DNA from: Psammoneis japonica
Lineage: Eukaryota
Reading direction: 5' to 3'
DNA: 64,000 bases
NCBI GenBank assembly: GCA_008632985.1
Contig: QPGO01000108.1
Span: forward strand, 114,476-178,475
The stretch's first letter is position 1. Every line of letters begins with the position of its first letter. Both the position numbers and the translations under genes were made by a program. The notes under the pieces are model-generated. The model worked only from the letters and a program-made list of their open reading frames with translations, did no database searches and was not told the DNA's origin. Shown here piece after piece: positions 61,573 to 64,000 of this stretch.

Positions 61573-62889
61573 TTAACCTTGATCGTTTCGTTTCGGTTCA
61601 GATGCGCACCATGCGAAGCCGATCTGGTTCAGTCTTTCAATGCGATCCTTCGGGAGGAACTCCTTTCTAGACCTTTGAACGTGGATCCAAGACCCTAATT
61701 TGGGATCATCCGTGCATATGCTAGGAACCAAACAATGTCCGAATTTGGCCTTGAACGCGCAAAGCCGCTGGAACATGGAGTTCCAAGTTCGGTCGTGAAC
61801 ATTCCATACGAAGCCAATGTCGTTCAATCGCTGCAATCGTTCTTGCCCCATTTCTTCTCTATCTCTGTTTCTTTGAGTATCGACCCATCTACCTGTGTTG
61901 TAAATCGAGAGAAAAGAAGGTAGTGGTGTCATATAAGAGTAGCCGAGAAGCAGGTTTGAGAAGTCCGTCAGCTTATTGCAACTGATGTGAAAAAAATCTG
62001 GTGCAATATAGCACAGACTCCTCTTACCTAATTTTGGGTCTTCCTTATACTTCCGTGGGACCATGCAGTGCCCGTGCCTTTGCTTAAACGCTTCAAGACG
62101 ACGAAACATGATATTCCACGTTTCGTTGTAGGTCGAGTTCCAATTGATCCCGATGCTCTCAAGTCGACGGACACGTTCTGGGCTGAGTTTTCCTTGTCTC
62201 TTCAACTTCTTTTGGTTTCGAATCCAACGACCCAGTTTTGGGAAGTCCCGTTCCTTTAGAAGGCAGCTGCCTCCATTCCTGCGACGGTACATATCCAATT
62301 CATCAAACATGGATTCCCAAGAAGGAGGTGGCCGTGCTGGTTGTTCTTCTTCGTGATCTCGGCGACGATTGTTGGAGGGCGGGATGGTGGTGTCATCATG
62401 AGTGCTACCACTTAAAACAACTTCAGTGCTATAATGAAGGGGCGGTGTCAAAGAAGAGGACCCAACAACAGCAGCGTATGGTGCTGCTGTTCTTCTGGCT
62501 TGTTGGGGAATTACTATGCCGCTGGCGCCTCCTACTGCAGAACCAGATATGGCGGCTTCCGTAGCAGCTGCTGCCAGCATCATCGTGTTTCTTCTTTGAT
62601 GGTCACTTATATGTTGCAACCTCGCTTCTAGTAGTAGTCTTTCGACTACCGATGTGGCTGCCATTGGGTAAGCTGGCAGCATGTTGGGTGGGGCGCCAAC
62701 AAGAAAGCCTAAAACGCCTGTGTTGTAAAGATGTGCAGGCACACTACTAGTCGTTCTTACCAGTTGCCAAGGAGGATAAGGGACTATCGATTGTGGCACT
62801 AGATTATACTCTGGAACTGATTGGCTCAAATCAGGAACATTATTTGTCTGTTGTTGCGATGAACGGCGACGGGGTTGTTGGGATGCCAT
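61573..62889 (-). CDS. Helicase-associated (HA) repeat protein
   Basis: Three W..MF..L..F/Y....G.C.VP....PKLG.W...QR/K......R..RL..IGF.W repeats; in-frame intron 61893-62027. Confidence 0.9.
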   Translation of the reverse strand: MASQQPRRRSSQQQTNNVPDLSQSVPEYNLVPQSIVPYPPWQLVRTTSSVPAHLYNTGVLGFLVGAPPNMLPAYPMAATSVVERLLLEARLQHISDHQRRNTMMLAAAATEAAISGSAVGGASGIVIPQQARRTAAPYAAVVGSSSLTPPLHYSTEVVLSGSTHDDTTIPPSNNRRRDHEEEQPARPPPSWESMFDELDMYRRRNGGSCLLKERDFPKLGRWIRNQKKLKRQGKLSPERVRRLESIGINWNSTYNETWNIMFRRLEAFKQRHGHCMVPRKYKEDPKLGKRSLCYIAPDFFHISCNKLTDFSNLLLGYSYMTPLPSFLSIYNTGRWVDTQRNRDREEMGQERLQRLNDIGFVWNVHDRTWNSMFQRLCAFKAKFGHCLVPSICTDDPKLGSWIHVQRSRKEFLPKDRIERLNQIGFAWCASEPKRNDQG

Positions 62890-63379
62890 GCTGAAGCGAA
62901 AAAATAAGAATGGATGATGAATAATAAATCCGCGTCGACGCACCCGAAGGAAGCACGTCAGAATTCGGCAGGTTTTCACGTTCAGTGTGGCAATAGAGGC
63001 ATTAATTTACTTATGGATAATGCATTACCATTTGATTTAACGACTGAACTATTACTAAAACGGTTGCAACTCGTAAAACTTCATTGAATATACATACGCT
63101 TATGTTAATTATCAACCCCATAAAATGTCTCTAGGCTTTTCATCAGTCAAAACATCTAATCTACCGCCCCACGGTAGTAAGTGTCGTACCAGTGAGGCTG
63201 TTGGCACCTGTCGTAATCGTAGTTTTCGGAATAAATGGGCATGCTACAAGGCATTCGTGAATGACGCTTATTGTCATAGTAAGCGGTCCCACGTTTCTTC
63301 AGGGGCAGTTGCTCTCTTCCACACTGCACTGAATCGAGTGCTGTCAAACCGTGACGGTTACATGTACGCGACTGGCGAC

Positions 63380-64000
63380 TGCGACACTGCGACCTGCTGT
63401 GCTGCATGCGAGCGAGCACATGTGCACGACTTTCGTGGAGGCACATTGTGACTTTATTTGGGGGTTTTGGGCCATGTGAGAACGTTGCCATGTTGGGGTG
63501 CAGCTCAACACAATGAGAGTTCCTTTGTTGCCAGACTTTTGGTTGCTTTTGGTCTCTTGAAAAAAAAATGGAGAACCAGCTCCAGACGTCCTCTGGCCCT
63601 GTCTCGGTTGGGGCTCCATCATCAGAGCCAAATTTGGAGGGTTCTCCACCTGGCTGACCGGCAAGCTGGGGTTTGAGAAAAGGCAGCACACACATTTGTT
63701 TGTGACAAATCAGTCAGATTTGTTGCAAATTGCCCCATTTCATCATGAATTGGTGTGATCTGACAACCTGAGTTTGCCAACAACAAATGCCTGGGGTTGC
63801 AAGCCAACGCATTGTCTGCCCAGCCAGCACAGCGTGAAATGCAGCTGCCAGCTTTTGCACTCACAAAATGTTCAATTTGATGGCAGTGGAGTGTTGCCAT
63901 GGAGTTTCACATCAAGGGGGGTCATCCCTGCACCCACCCTAGAATTGCCGTGGCATTTGAATGAGGACATTTGCGGCACTTGTTTTTGAGTGCAAAAGTT
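63380..64000. repeat. Start of another hypermutated repeat domain; possible Harbinger-type transposase fragment
   Basis: TA nearly absent after about 63370; AFGLLKKKWR..RPL at about 63545-63600 resembles the DDE_Tnp_4 motif. Confidence 0.45.

Overview
Eukaryotic DNA, most likely from a diatom: spliceosomal introns are 70-140 nt, there are bipartite signal-peptide leaders, and several diatom-typical gene families occur. Ordinary genes (PreP-like peptidase, FSH1 hydrolase, Gfo/Idh/MocA oxidoreductase, sulfotransferase-like, Sec24, AlkB-like, methyltransferase, PNPOx-like, Erv1, HA-domain protein) alternate with sharply bounded repeat domains (about 1-5.5k, 11.3-15.3k, 19.2-39.0k, 41.3-45.0k, 63.4-64k). 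In those domains TpA is almost eliminated and CpG is partly eliminated, both replaced by TpG/CpA. Conserved Tyr codons of transposon proteins read as Cys or His. This points to a repeat-targeted TA->TG/CA (A-to-G) hypermutation system running opposite to fungal RIP; it prefers TAY and leaks into a neighbouring sulfatase gene. The repeat domains hold a Gypsy remnant, PIF1-helicase remnants, a tandem array of endonuclease-less Penelope-like retroelements with eight hammerhead-ribozyme motifs and (GA)n tracts, a 9.2-kb Sola2-like DNA transposon with perfect TIRs and a TSD, and a piggyBac-like MITE. All family assignments come from motif recognition by eye; no database search was run.
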